Below, one piece after another: positions 50,901 through 64,000 of a stretch of DNA of 64,000 bases. Source of the DNA: Laetmonice hystrix (lineage: Eukaryota); assembly GCA_965235115.1 (NCBI GenBank), contig OZ249437.1:51956001-52020000 (forward strand), read 5' to 3'. Position 1 is the first letter of the stretch. Every line of letters starts with the position of its first letter. The notes under the pieces were generated by a model that did not search any database, was not told the origin of the DNA, and worked only from the letters and a program-made list of their open reading frames with translations. The position numbers were made by a program, and so were the translations under genes.

Positions 50901-53900
50901 TAACGCCGCGCTGTGTTGCCATGGTGAATAACATGCAGATCCTCGGTACAAAAATCAACTTGCCTGGATACGGATCGCGTAGCTGGAACTAGACATCCGA
51001 CCAGACGACGACATCCTATCTGAGAAGTTCCATTAATGCACGACACTATTCATCAATGCAATCACCATGGAAACTAATTGGTTGAGGACACTGTATCGCA
51101 TCATCTCGGCCTAAATGTCCACTCTGCCTTCCAGCACCTGGAGACAGGCCCCTCAATAACTGACGGAGAGAAGAGGTCTCAATAAAAGACAATACGCACA
51201 TCCACAGTCAGTCGAAACCCAATTCAACCGGCCTCCATATACATAAATGACCAGTCTGCTTCTAAATAAAGACAACTGTCGCTGGCTCATACCAGGCCCC
51301 TATTTGTTTTATTTGATTGAAACCTCCTGTGTGTGAAAAACTCTACCTCTAATATTTACCCATTTTCATTTACAAATAATGCTGTTTACAGTTATAATCT
51401 GGATGTTTCCCAGACGACCAATCGTACTGTTTCAGTATGTTTCCCTTCCACCTGTATTTTGTCACTCGGACTGTGCGGATCTCCTCCTGGGTGGCCCCTC
51501 CATGGTCACGCCATGGAAGCCTCCATTCTATCCCGTGGATGCTCACTCGCTGCTCCGTCAATAATTTACAAGACGTTTCAATTTCAATGTCCCGTACACG
51601 GAATTCGAGGGATCTTTTTTTAAATGCAGATTCCAACCCAAACGCTAGCTGAGAATGCATCTCATAAATTCGCAGAAAAAAAACCTGCTCTAAAACTAAA
51701 CCATCGTCCCTGCAGTTATTAAAAAATGAATGACTCAAGCCCTAGTCATTTCCTCAAGAGAACCTTGTTTCTACAAATATGACTATGGGCCTGGCGATTC
51801 CCCGTACATATAAAAACACAAATACACAATACCATCAACATCCCAATTGTGCCCTTCCTTTTTGTGCACTAAGAAGAATTTCACTGCATGCCCTCAATCT
51901 GTGTTAAAGATCTCTCTCAGGCTGACCCGAACCACGACACAAACATGTACGCCTTTCGTTCCTGCTACCGGTACGGGTATTGGCAGGGGGGAGGGGCTGG
52001 CGTGCAGGGTTGGCAGGGAGACTCAGTCTCGGGCCTGGGGTACCAAGTATTTGGAAACTGGGCCTGCTCAGTGCGAGTTGAACATTTCGCCTAGAGATGT
52101 CCCGCCTCTCGACCTGCATTCCTAGAACTGACTCACACAGATAATCGGGACTTGTGTTGCATATCTATAATCCGAGAAACCCATGCTGTTAGCCAGTTGC
52201 GATTCAAGGATGAGAACATATGAATTCGACAGGTCTGTTGTCCTCCCTGGGACGAGAACAAAGAGATATCAGCTTTCCTTCTTTTGTGAACGGGAGATTA
52301 CATTTCTGCCACGAATACCTCACACAAGTCTTCATAGCTTGCATCCAGTATCCATGTTTTACCATATCAGATTTCTGCCGTGATAGTACATTTCGCAAAC
52401 TATTCTTGGACTTTCGTGTAAGAAAATTATAGGCTATTAAAAGTCGGAAGAATAAGATGCCCCCGCCCCCCCCCCCCCCAACAAAAAAAAACCCAACCAG
52501 TATATCTTTCTAACGGTCTACATTTGATGTTTTTTTTATAAATGACATCCTGGTTTCTTTGTAACCTCTACAACTGATTGCCTCGTAAAGCTTTTCGGTT
52601 TCTTGGGAACTTGTTCAAATGATAGCCTCCTTAATCTTGCCCGGTCTCTGGGGTAAATGTCAGCATCCTGACTGCCTGAACCTGTTGTACATCCTGGCTG
52701 TTATAACACAAGTGTCAGCAGGCGGCAGTAGCAGGCACAGTTGCCATGGTAACCCTGTAATGGGTCAGGAGGCCCGGAGAAGGCCAGTTTTCTGGTCTAC
52801 TTGCCCTTGTCGGGGGCCAGATGAAGGTCCTACAGATCTTATCCCCAGTCAGGGCAAACCTTGGGCTTTCTGCCCTGGTGAACAGCAAGGAGATCTGAAC
52901 GGGGCCTGTAACTGAAACCCTCGAGGGTTCCACAGCGTGTGATTCCCACACGTGATACCGCTCAATACGTCCCGGCAGCACGGCAGAGAGGTTTGAAAGT
53001 TGGAGCGTTGATTTTGATGAACATCTGCAGTCTAAGCACGTCAGGCGGGCGCTCTGACCAGCATCAGGTGACGGCTCCGTCCTCCCGGCAGGCCCACCCC
53101 CTTCCTCCCCTCCTCCTACTCCATCCCACCATAAACACACGTCACCCAGCAGGCCACGCGCTGACCCACTTTCACTGTGTATAACTCCAGAGTCTCTTGC
53201 TCGACAATGAGAGTCCTATACTACCGACGTAAAGTCATGTAAATACAAACACACAGCGGGAGTGGGGTCATCAGGGTTGGGGGAATCTATCTCACACGCG
53301 GGACATTACATTATTTACACACCATCCCCAGGACTTCCTGTTACGCAGACCGCTCCAATTCCCTCTCGCTTCCATTCCTCCCACCCAATTTACCAGTGAT
53401 TTAGGTCGAATCTCTTCACCAAGGCTACCTCATTCCTACTGTCGTTCAGGCTGCCCGAGGCCTACACCTACACAGCTAGCAAGGCGTTGTGTCGGAGGAA
53501 GGCACGCTTGATAACACATAACACTATTACCTATAACGGAACCAACCACACAAAATAACATTTACTCCCACCCCGTTCTTTCCACTTTCTCATGCCAGGA
53601 CCCTATACTCTCTGACTTTCTTCACCCCAACACGACCCAGTTGACGGCTGCGCCGAGGACACACACTAGCTCAGGTTCCCAGGGCGGCCCCAAGATCATC
53701 TAAACCTAAATCTAGCATCAACAAGAGAAGAAATCGGAGACATGACGGCCGAGGGCATTATATGATTATACTTCATTCAACTGGACGATTTCACTACAAC
53801 CCACAGCCATACCCTCCGGCTACTCCGGCCACAACATAATCCTCCCTGATTCAAGTCCCATTCTGAGAACTATAATAAGTAACACTTAGAATTGTATAGG

Positions 53901-54164
53901 ACACCTCCGCGGGGATGGTTTTCCGAATACATCACCGAGTTAGTTACTCAAGGGGCCATACATATTCGGGGCTACGTGCTACAGTTGGCTTGCATTTCTT
54001 TTTGTTATCGTTTTAGTACCTCTATATACCTGCCCCATGTACCTTATTCCATTAATACAAACAGTCGATCTTTCACCTCCTACCACCAGCCACAGGATAG
54101 AAGCACATGTTCTGACCTGCGCGAGTTTTTCAGCACTTCATTTCTACAGGTCAGCTTACTAGAT

Positions 54165-54452
54165 TTAAAGGGGCACAATTTTGCGACTGACTTTTTTTTA
54201 TATGATAGCATAAAGAAGTTTGAAATTACTATTCCTACCCTGAAAATAGCGTGTAATCAAGCCACAGGCAGCCCCAAAGTAGCATTGTAGAAGGGGATGG
54301 CCCCAATTGATCCTGTTGGAAGTTAAGCCATTTCTCAGCCAAAACAACGGTTTTCACCCAAATTTTCTATGTTTTGCATTTAACTATAGAATGCCTCACA
54401 AAAGATTCAAAATCCGTTCGAAAGTGGGATTCTTCCAATTGTACCCCTTTAA
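54165..54452. mobile_element. 280-bp MITE / non-autonomous DNA transposon with TTAA target-site duplication (Kolobok-like termini)
   Basis: TTAA-AGGGGCACAATT (54165-54180) and AATTGTACCCCT-TTAA (54437-54452): 12-bp TIR with one mismatch. Superfamily inferred from the TTAA TSD plus purine-purine start. Confidence 0.75.
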
Positions 54453-57400
54453 AAGTCTAGTTTAAAAGACTGTCATGTCAATATGCAGTACTGCTGAGAC
54501 TGCATGCAATGCCACTTCAGCTTTGGGAATCACCACGCGGTCGTTTCTCATACCAAACCAAACGACAATGGAAAGGGTGGCGTATCCCGTCTTTCACTGA
54601 GACAAAAAATCTAATATTACAACATACCAAATACTTAAGCTAGTATTAATTCGTGTTTGTTCATCACAGAAAGATACAATTCTTAACTCCTTTTGTACAT
54701 TTTCTTAAATGTATACATCGTTATCGCGAGATCTATGCTGTCACTCAACTTGTATCCTGTTATTGAGACACTGCGTGTCGTCTCCCATAATACGCCATAA
54801 TTACACCGACTACACCACCCTGCTTTTTCTTTCAGTTTAATTAACAAGACACAAATTACTTTCTAAATAACAATTAACACATGCAGTCAACAGGAAACAC
54901 GCTGTAGTCTTTCCTTTAAAAAACAAACTATAACAGTGTTGTACAAACTGATTGGCAAAGATTAATCTTTCTACAGAGGTGACTCTCTCTATTTCCACCC
55001 TGAAACCAGGACTCAGGCAATCATCTGGTTGTTTAGTCGGGCGTTCTCAAAACACATCTTTGACCTTTCTATACTCGTAAACGCTGCGGCTGACTCTTCC
55101 CACCACATCATTTCAGACAGGCGATAATGTCATTTTAATGTGGCTCACACCTTTCCAACCATCAGGGACTAACATTATTATTCTAGGCACTGGGGACATC
55201 CTAAAAGATGTTTTATGCTTGTAGGGAACGCCAATCGAATTAGGCTATGTTCACACTCCCTGAAACAGAACACTGTTGGGTTAATCTATTGATTTTTGTC
55301 CTTGCTCTTCGAGCCTCCCTGCATATTCAGTCGGTCTTCTCCTCTGCTTGTACGACATTTTCCCAGCGATGTGAAACACAATATCCTGGGATAAGAAACC
55401 GCACCAGAGACAATTTCTAGCGTCTTTTGTATGATCCTCTCCCATCCTAACGTTAATAATACGTTTTCTAACCAACCTCTAGTGCGCACGTACTACCCGG
55501 ATCAGGTATCAGTCTCCTCAGTAACCCTCCACCGTCTGAGATCTCTCTCCTAGCCTGACGTGCCCTTGTGACCAAGGCCGGTTATATTGTAGTACATTGC
55601 GTGCAGAAAGTCAGCTCAGTGGCCAATGATCCATGCTGGCAGCACCAGACGGACCGACGACCGCGTACACTAGGCGCCATGGTGACCACGTGGCTCCATC
55701 TCCCACCTCCAACCTCCCGGGGTAATTGGCTTCGTTTTGAGTTATTGGCTTGAGTGCCAATATAACACCTGGCTGGCCCCGCTGTATTGGCCTCGTTAGC
55801 CGTCGTCGAGACAAGCCCTGTATGAACCTGGAGATAGTCCAACCCACACTCAAAGATCACGTCAAACAGCCACCCAAATCGTGCCCTGAGTGACTGCGAT
55901 GCGGGTTGCCAGCCTGTTGCATTGCCTCATTGCCTGATGATCTGTCATCATTCCCACGCGGACATTCTTGCCTCCTCAGTCGCTGCCAGTGAGTCGGCCC
56001 ACAGATGGCAAACTCTCCCGTTAAACATCCAATAACCCCTGCTGCCAACAAGATCGGGGAGATATCAACCAAACGAGACATTTGGCCAATCTCCACCTAT
56101 CATACATACTTCAGAAACTGCTCGAAGTGCGAATGTTCCGCAACTCTTGCAACGTCTGCCCCATTAGATGACGATACATGAATAATTCTCGGTATAGCTG
56201 TCATCAGTCACAATGGTGCTGACGGCACTCTGTATATTGAGACAGCTATAATAAGTACTGGGTACGAACTGACAGGAGGGTGACACAACATATGATCGCG
56301 ACCTATTATATTCTATCCCACGCGTAATTTCCGTCCCTTTTCTTTGGGAACAGTTTTCAAGAACAATAACCAAAACAAAGCAGTGCAACTTAGAAAATAG
56401 AGAAAATAAATTGTCATACTACTTTCAAGCCTTCCCAGCCTGGAAATTCTTTCAATCAGAAATCCGAGGACTTTGCGTTATTTTCGGGACCCGACCGAAG
56501 CTTGCGGTGATAATCTATGTCACGACTGCCGGTCGTAAGGCTGTCGCACTGTGTCAACACCTACTGTCCCCCTGCCACCCCGCCCACCCGAGTAGGTATA
56601 CCAGGCGATTCTCCACACAAGTCTTCCTTTCTCTTCGCCATCACCTCTGACCTTTAACAGCACTGCTGAATGGATGTCAATACATTAATTTGCCATACGC
56701 CCAAAACAATAAATGAGTAGCAATCATGAGGGATACCTGGGGAATGCCGAAGAACCCTTAGCACGGCTGTAATGATCTATAATATCAGTATATCAAGTTT
56801 CCACGGAAATTGGTCGTGAGCAGAGTGTAATTTCTGCAACCATGGAAACACATGTACCGGGAAGTCCATCATTTCCACCCTCATTTCCGGTCACCATTGG
56901 CCATCATTCTACTGCTACTCAATACTACATTCTCCGTGTGGACCACCACCGCCACCACCTCCGGCGGCACCACTACGTACACCGGTGACCACCACTCCCA
57001 TCACCAGATATCAGAACAAATCGTTCAACAAAGACCTAAGCATCATTACGGAGGCTTCATGTCTGTGTCTGGCATGAGAAGGTTGGATGAATAACATGCT
57101 ACGATCAGTGCCGGCTGGACAGTTAGCCTGATTTCCCCCGACTCCATATATCAACATCCAGCCCGACCTTCCAACCTTGCCTCCCACTGCTGCCCATAAA
57201 TCTCATCAACCCACCGCTCCATTTATGATCATTATTCAACCTCATCCAACATTTCTCTAATTGCTTCCGTAATTAAAGACTTTTTTTTGGGTTTAGTGTT
57301 ATGAATGCAGATCAAAGATATTCGTGTTGGCATAAAAAATCGTCAGCTTTTGTCATTAGGATGATGGAACCCATCTATTCGCAGAAACATGTACCCGGTA

Positions 57401-57969
57401 ATACTAGTACTAATAGAAAAACATGAACCTTAATATAATGCATGCCCCTAGTCATTTATAGATCCTGCATATAAATAGCCTATAAACAGGGCTTAATCTA
57501 GGTTATAAGGTTAAATATAGGTCGCAGTTAATTTAGAGAATCCCTCAGCAATCTCAACTCATAAAGAGCCCAGACAGAATTTATGACTGGGCCAAATCCA
57601 TATTGACGGGCAAGTACAACCACCATATGAATGAATTAATCATGGCAAGAAAGAGAAGGCCGAAACTGCTACACGAAGCAACATTCTACATTTCGTACCT
57701 TCTTTTTCAGTGTGACACACCAGAACCACCCAATATTGTCAGCTTTCTCCTATTTTCCGTTGAAAGAGGATTCAATTTGTCACGTTTTTCTTTGGCCGAC
57801 CTGGGTATTACTTTATTTGATATGACTCGGAAAATGAAATATTGAGGTGGTGCACGCAGATGTTTGTCTACCAATGTGAGGACTCTGTGCTCAATCGATA
57901 GAAACGGCACGCCTTCTGTTCGTCTGGAGACAACAAGCCGGTGCATCTGTCGGTCGTCCTCCTCTGTCC

Positions 57970-58060
57970 CGTGCACCCTGCTACCGCTGCAACCTGGCGG
58001 CAGTAATTGCAACGAGCCACGGGAGGACCCCACTCATTTCCTGGTGTCCTGTTCAATGGA
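57970..58060 (+). pseudogene. Possible non-LTR retrotransposon C-terminal CCHC remnant
   Basis: CNEPREDPTHFLVSC resembles C...EDxxHFLxxC; the first Cys of the pair is missing. Confidence 0.3.
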
Positions 58061-61000
58061 GCGACACTGCCACCCAGTACGGCTTGCCTACTGGAGACTG
58101 GAGATAGGAGAGGACATTGAGTGTGCTCTGTGGTCTACTCCAGTACGGCGGGGGGGGGGGGGTCGGTCAGTACTGTCTGGAGCAAGACAACTTTCACTGT
58201 CAGTATGATTCTGCTCCTCCTCTTCTACCTTAATGTAATATTAAACAAGATAGCAGCCACCCAAGATATGTCCTAACTTTTATTTTGTTTCCCCGAGTAT
58301 TTACCGGAACTATCCGCGTAAGCAATACAAATTTTTCTTCTCTTTCATCCTGATATAACATGATTTATACTGATGAGAATTATAAGTTATACGTTTCTAT
58401 TTCTAGTATGTTGGGCAATACCTAGTATGATGACTATGGGGATCCGTATCATAGCATCCACCATTCCATCAGTCCTGCCAGTCGTAGGGCGGCTCACATT
58501 CCATCTGTTGACCTGTTTCAGGCTGTGCCATCCTACATGGCTCAGAGTCAGAGTTCCTATCTCAGTAACCACCTAACCTTTAGTCAATCTAACCATGCCC
58601 CAAACTGACATAGACCAGTTTCAATCTAACGTGACAGATACCGTCCTCCAAAACCCGCCGGGTTTTTCTTACCCTACACACTGACTTCAAATCCGCAAGA
58701 CCGAACTGGTAATCTGTCCGGTATGGCAATAAATGCCCCATTATACAGGCATGATAATTAGTGGAATGCAGCGTTAATTGTCCCCGTTGCATCAGTGCAG
58801 GCCAACCGATCTCTTTGTCACGGAATGACGACACATGCTAGTATTGAGAACTTCAAGGTTAGTGCAGGTAGAAAATAGCACGCAAATTAAGCTTCGACTT
58901 TCTCCTCCTTTTTGTAACCACCATTCTTTCCGTCTGTCTGTCATTGTCAGTCTAGTCATGAGGCCAAATCGTTTTCTGTTCCATAATCAATTAAATTATT
59001 TTGGTTGCATGACAGAAACCAGCAATCCTCAACATCAGCATGACAACAAACGTGTTCCTGACGCTCCAACAAAACATTTTACTAATAAGGAGAGTTATTA
59101 CAATTCGTCCAACAAAAATGTATTGCAGGAAATGTCAAATGTATATAGTATACTTAGACGTATTTCTACAGTAGAAGGGCTGGAGCAAGAGAGCTATATA
59201 ACTTTGCCAGCTTCATATTAAGTTATTTGCCCTTCAATGATTATGAAGGACGTCCTTTAATTGTAGAACGGGGAAATTCATATTTTCAAAATAAAACATA
59301 AACTGGTAAAAAAAAAACTCAAGAATTTGAGTACAATTACGTTCGTGGTAGTGAAGTTGGGACTGCGGGAGAGGCAAATCGTTTCTAAGAACCACACTGG
59401 AATAACAGATTTCCGAAACTACATCTCATGCCAGTCACCCGCATCAGCACCAGAAAACAAAACTTCCTGATCCTTCACAGAACCTACCTCACAAATCAGG
59501 ACTGACAGATCTAGGCTGACGTCTAATGTTGGAGGTCTATAAGTTGAAACAAGATGTGGCAGTCTGGCTTAAGCACCGGCCTCATCAGGCCACTGTATCA
59601 TAGTCAACACTGTGGGGTCACAATTTCCGGCCTGTATTGGGACTGCTCCAGTCAACTGCCTCAGTGCTTTATGGACTGGGTGCCTGCTGGACCAGAACAA
59701 ATGGAGACACACTGGGGTACCCTAACTCTCGTGTGGACTTCCCCGGTAAACATGCCTCATCGTGTAGCCTCATGAAGAATGGTAATGCTCCGGGAGTACA
59801 GCCTACTGATGGTGGAGGGGAGGGGGGATTTAACCTACTGTCATGCTTTTGCAACTCAACATCTTTCTAACTACCGATAAAGCAAATACAATCTGGGTTA
59901 ATATACACAACATAACCAATAGAAAGGGGGGCAAGGTACACATGTAGTTGTGATGATTTATTCAAACAGATTTTGAATTTTACAGCCTAACGGGATTTGC
60001 TTTTCCCTAATCACTTTATTATTATAAATTTACAGACAGCATATCTTTGCAATCATCTACGACTGTTGTAATTTAGTAGATTTGAGCCTTGCATTCTAAA
60101 ATTTTAGATTGCATATTTGATATATGGGTACTTCGCTCAGTTATTGTCCAATATAGATCTATTTCCCTGCAGCACTGATTTATCTCACTATGCGACTGGT
60201 TATGACAGCTGTCTCACTGATCATTCTTAAGACGTTCCAAATGGCCTGTGTGGGTCAGCCTTTATTAACTACACAGGCTACAAATCTGTCATTTCATAGC
60301 CACACCAATTAAAGGGTACACAGAAGAGGTACTCCCATTCCTTCCCTAGCTCACCTCTGAGGTCCCATGCCAGGGCTTCGGGGTTAATTCTAAACTGCCC
60401 TCGTTAAAGGCAGCGCAATTTATCATTGAACGTGGGGCATAGTTTTTGCTCTGGGTGTTAACCCAAGCTCTCAATCAATAGCCCTGTTCGTGCCAACAAG
60501 AGGCGGAGCCGCCAGTCCATCCTGCACAAATACTGCCATTTGTGCCTGTAACGAAGTGCCAATCCTTTCATAAGCTAAGCTGCCTTTTAGAACCATCATA
60601 GTATTAGGCAGGTTTTGGTGGGCCCGTCTCCAGCGTGTGGATCACATAGATTACAGACTCACTGAGCTTCATTGACCGGCTACTTCTGAAATAATCCCCG
60701 GCAGCAAAGGTACGCGAAGGGGCCGGGGCAGCTGAAGGTTCTCCCGTTCGAATGGCATTCTAAACACCCTGGAAACACTTTAAATAAACCAAGTCATTAT
60801 ATATCGGAAGAGTTCTCGGCGTTTAACACTCAGGGCACCTTGCTGAGCCTAAGTGCTGGATATCTGAAGTAGAGGGTCTAAACTCTCAGCTGACATGTTT
60901 CTTTTTCTGGAAGATCTCTAAACCTACTGACAACACATGGTTTTCCTTCGGAGCGCAGAGCTGTAAGAAGCTATGTGACTCACCCTACCTCATTTATTTA

Positions 61001-63852
61001 AATAGGCCCGCTGCCGTCTTGGTGGGGGGAGCACTTCGTAGAAAAAGGCGCGCATCATGGGCCAAGTGTTCAGACCATTAGCAGCACTGGGAAACCTGCA
61101 GACAGTACTTCTCCCTGTTTACCCCCGTCGTCGTTAGGACACCACTGTCAAAGTGCTATGGGATATCCATATTGCTCTATTAGCTAGCAATGCGAGTTTG
61201 ACCTTTCATGTGAGACAATCTTGAGTCATGTGTCTTCAGAAGCATACCATACACGTACATGCAAAGAGACCACTGGTCCAGCACATTGCAGCTACTCAAT
61301 ACACAACATGAGCATGAACTTCTAGGGTGGGCAAAATACAGCTGCAAACTCAAACTATTTCTGCCCGGTCAGAAAAAGAAACGAGGTTTAAAAAAAAGCC
61401 CTGGAGAGTCTGGAGACCTGAATTCCTAACACAAATGGCCACTGCTAGTGCTACTCTGTCATCTTTTTTCCATCTGTCAATAGGCGCCACCATGGTCATC
61501 GGTTATTTCGTCCCAGCTGACATAAATTCAACAGTGTCCTATTTACGTCATGGATTTGCCTTGGAAGCGTCCCCACTATACTCCAGCCCCAGCAGCAGGA
61601 GCTTATATCCATCCTTGCCCTAACTTGAGTTACAGTCATGAGAGACGCCGTTTACCCTCTTTTTTCCACTTCTCTCCAGTGACGCAGGAAGATTGGATGA
61701 CCAGTTAGCGGCCGCCTTTCAAGGCCACGGTACCTTCTTTCTCTGCCACACACATGAGGCGAGCTGTGGCCCAGTTTTCCTCGGCAGGATAACGGAGGAC
61801 ACTGTTTGCTCTGTTGTTGTAATGTTATTTCCCCTGAAATGTTTGTGATTCATGACCTACCGACCTGGTTAAGTTAACTGCCCCTCTGGGTGGATTTCAT
61901 ATTTGTCCTCCTACATAAGCGTGCATCATTATGATTAATGGGCAGAATAACTGCTGTATGACTGGAAAAGTCTCACATATTTTCTCAATTGAAATCATGT
62001 GTTGAACTCCACTTCAAGCAGATAAAAACTGCTACCGTCAGCGTCGTGGGGAGAATGTGACGATGCACTGCCCCAGTTTTCTGACTTTCTACATCTTACT
62101 AATAATATAAATGAAAAAGTATTGTCGACACACTCACACAATAGGATGTCAGTAGCCAATGCCGTAATAGAAACGTACTTTTAGACACAGAGAATGGAAA
62201 TGGGTTTTTATTTCCATGAAAATCGATGCAAACAATCATGTAATTTTAAATGCAAACTTGTGAAACGTTTACATTTTAACTGAAGTTCCTATAGATTCAC
62301 ATTTTGCAAATGGAAGGGCTGACTGCACGATGTATATATTATATACGACTGTACCATATCTACATGTCGTTTAGTACAACATTGCGACTACTCATCAATG
62401 CCGAATGAGGCGAGATGATAACGTGTACAGTTTATCCGTTCAGCATACCAAATGCTGGCTACACTCACCCCATGCCTGTCTGTGTACCGGGTTACAGTAC
62501 ATATTATATTAAAATTCGAAATCTTTGACACTTGATGAGAAAATTATTTATTTACAGCGACCATCATCAGGTAATTTCGGCCTATTCTTACAGTTGCACA
62601 AACGGTAAAAAACCCACATTGTTTCTATATAGTTACTGTAATCCAAACTCATCTATAGGCAAGCACTACTGCCAGTACTGGGAGCAGAAGAAGTGGACGG
62701 GTGACGAGAAGAAATGTGGCCAGTAGATTTCAGCTGTAACCCAGTAATAGTCTGACTCATGTGTTAGGTGAGACTCACCGTCAAGATGTTATATGGAGCT
62801 GTCGGTATGTCAGTATTTGTGATTATACGGCCTTATCCAATATTTCAGCACCGGTGAGTCATGGTTGGCCATAAACTCGAACCAGGGCTGCCTCGGACTT
62901 TGGCCTATTTTCTCTTCTCTAGCACATCAGGGCACCCTCATAACAACGAAAATACGCTTTCTCCTTCGTAATGACGACCAATGTCACCAGGGGGCAGCTC
63001 TGTAGACAATAACTGTTTACGAGCCAGCTGACACAACCCTGCCATCAGCGACGAGGCATATATTGGGGAAGGTTCGCCATAATCATAATCTATTCCGACT
63101 TTTATATCAGTTCCACTAAAAAAACTTCATTTTATACTTCAAATTTCCCAACGTAACGGAGTACGACAAAGTATTTAAAATTTAAAAACTTAATTAGAAT
63201 AGAGCACGTAGCTCAGCCTGACCTTTGTCTCGGTGAGGAGCTGGGATGAGTCACATACATCTCATTCTGAGTGTTTTCATACCATGTGAAGGAGACAGCC
63301 ACCACCAACTGACAACTCTCAACCTAACACCACTCGCTGTCCACACCAGCATCCCAGTCGATACTGTCGCTAGCTCCGTTTACTTTGCTATCAGCACTAA
63401 AAGATTCAGGGCCTTCCAAACAAACCTTTTTATGCCCGTAGACGTTTACAACTTGGAATACTACTATTACACTGTGACAGCTTCATTTTTTCACTAGTTC
63501 CTACTCCAGGTTAGCTGCATTGATATAATTTGATATTTCTAAACAACATCTGGAATGTACCTGAGAAATCTCTACTCCATCAAGATTGAAATTACAAACA
63601 CGATGCCATGCCATGTATCTATCAAAGCCTAACCAGTCTCAAGCTAAGTGACAACGCAATATTTTTGCAGGAACTGTCAAAGTGACTGCGTTAACACCAA
63701 AGTAAGTCTAAGTGGTTGACGTTTTCCTAGGATAAGAATTTTGTTGTTATATATGATTTCCTCCTCAACCGTAACAACCTCCACTTGAAGCTTAATATTC
63801 CTGCAACTCCTCAGTGTCTCACTGGACAGACCTGTACTCCATGTAGGTTCCT

Positions 63853-63930
63853 GGGCCCGGTTTCAGAAAGGCTCTAAGCAGCAAGCTTTAAGCTAAGCAG
63901 AGCTACGGCAGCCCATAGGGACATATACGT
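63853..63930 (+). mobile_element. Possible Harbinger-type MITE terminus
   Basis: gggcccggtttcagaaag...ctaagc...ttaagctaagc resembles common GGCCCGGTTTC MITE ends; no second TIR seen in the window. Confidence 0.3.
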
Positions 63931-64000
63931 TTAGTGTTTTTAAATTTCTAGATTGATTTTCATCGATATTTTGACAGTGATAATAATTTAATCGTGGGGT

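Noticed and set aside
52560-52700. Minus-strand QVPKKPKSF resembling the KKPKSMQCKV that precedes FERM in EPB41L3
   Set aside because: Not followed by CxVxLLDG, and no suitable donor.
55146-55200. Minus-strand exon-like MSPVPRIIMLVPDGWKG with AG and GTGAGC as the FERM start exon
   Set aside because: Lacks LLDG spacing and is too short after DG to reach KKAKG.
62640-62705. Plus-strand exon-like GKHYCQYWEQKKWT suggesting a nested gene
   Set aside because: Isolated; no partner exons or recognisable domain.
63550-63610. Minus-strand RVCNFNLDGVEISQ as the FERM start
   Set aside because: Hydrophobic pattern does not match CxVxLLDG.
1-64000. Most remaining 60-150 aa six-frame ORFs; tRNA, rRNA, operons or defence systems
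   Set aside because: The ORFs lack recognisable domains and are about what chance would give. No structural RNA gene or prokaryotic organisation was seen.

Overview
Eukaryotic (invertebrate animal-like) genomic DNA with spliceosomal introns; no prokaryotic features. The only gene I can support is a minus-strand protein 4.1 / coracle (EPB41-family) gene. Eight core GT-AG exons (37869 down to 8647) splice in frame into a FERM + FERM-adjacent (FA) domain. Three to four further in-frame exons (4673 down to 854) encode a divergent region that includes a 215-codon Gly/Pro/Ala-rich segment. The gene probably continues past the left edge, since no 4.1 C-terminal domain is seen. I did not find the exon carrying the FERM start (CxVxLLDG) in 37870-64000. 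The intron after the FA exon holds several candidate alternative exons, including a 16-nt microexon and a polybasic terminal exon. The remaining sequence is intronic or intergenic, with four minisatellites, one intact TTAA-flanked MITE and several weak, eroded retroelement or SINE remnants. I found no confidently novel biological system; the best lead is the inferred alternative-splicing module of the 4.1 gene. All coordinates and translations were worked out by hand.
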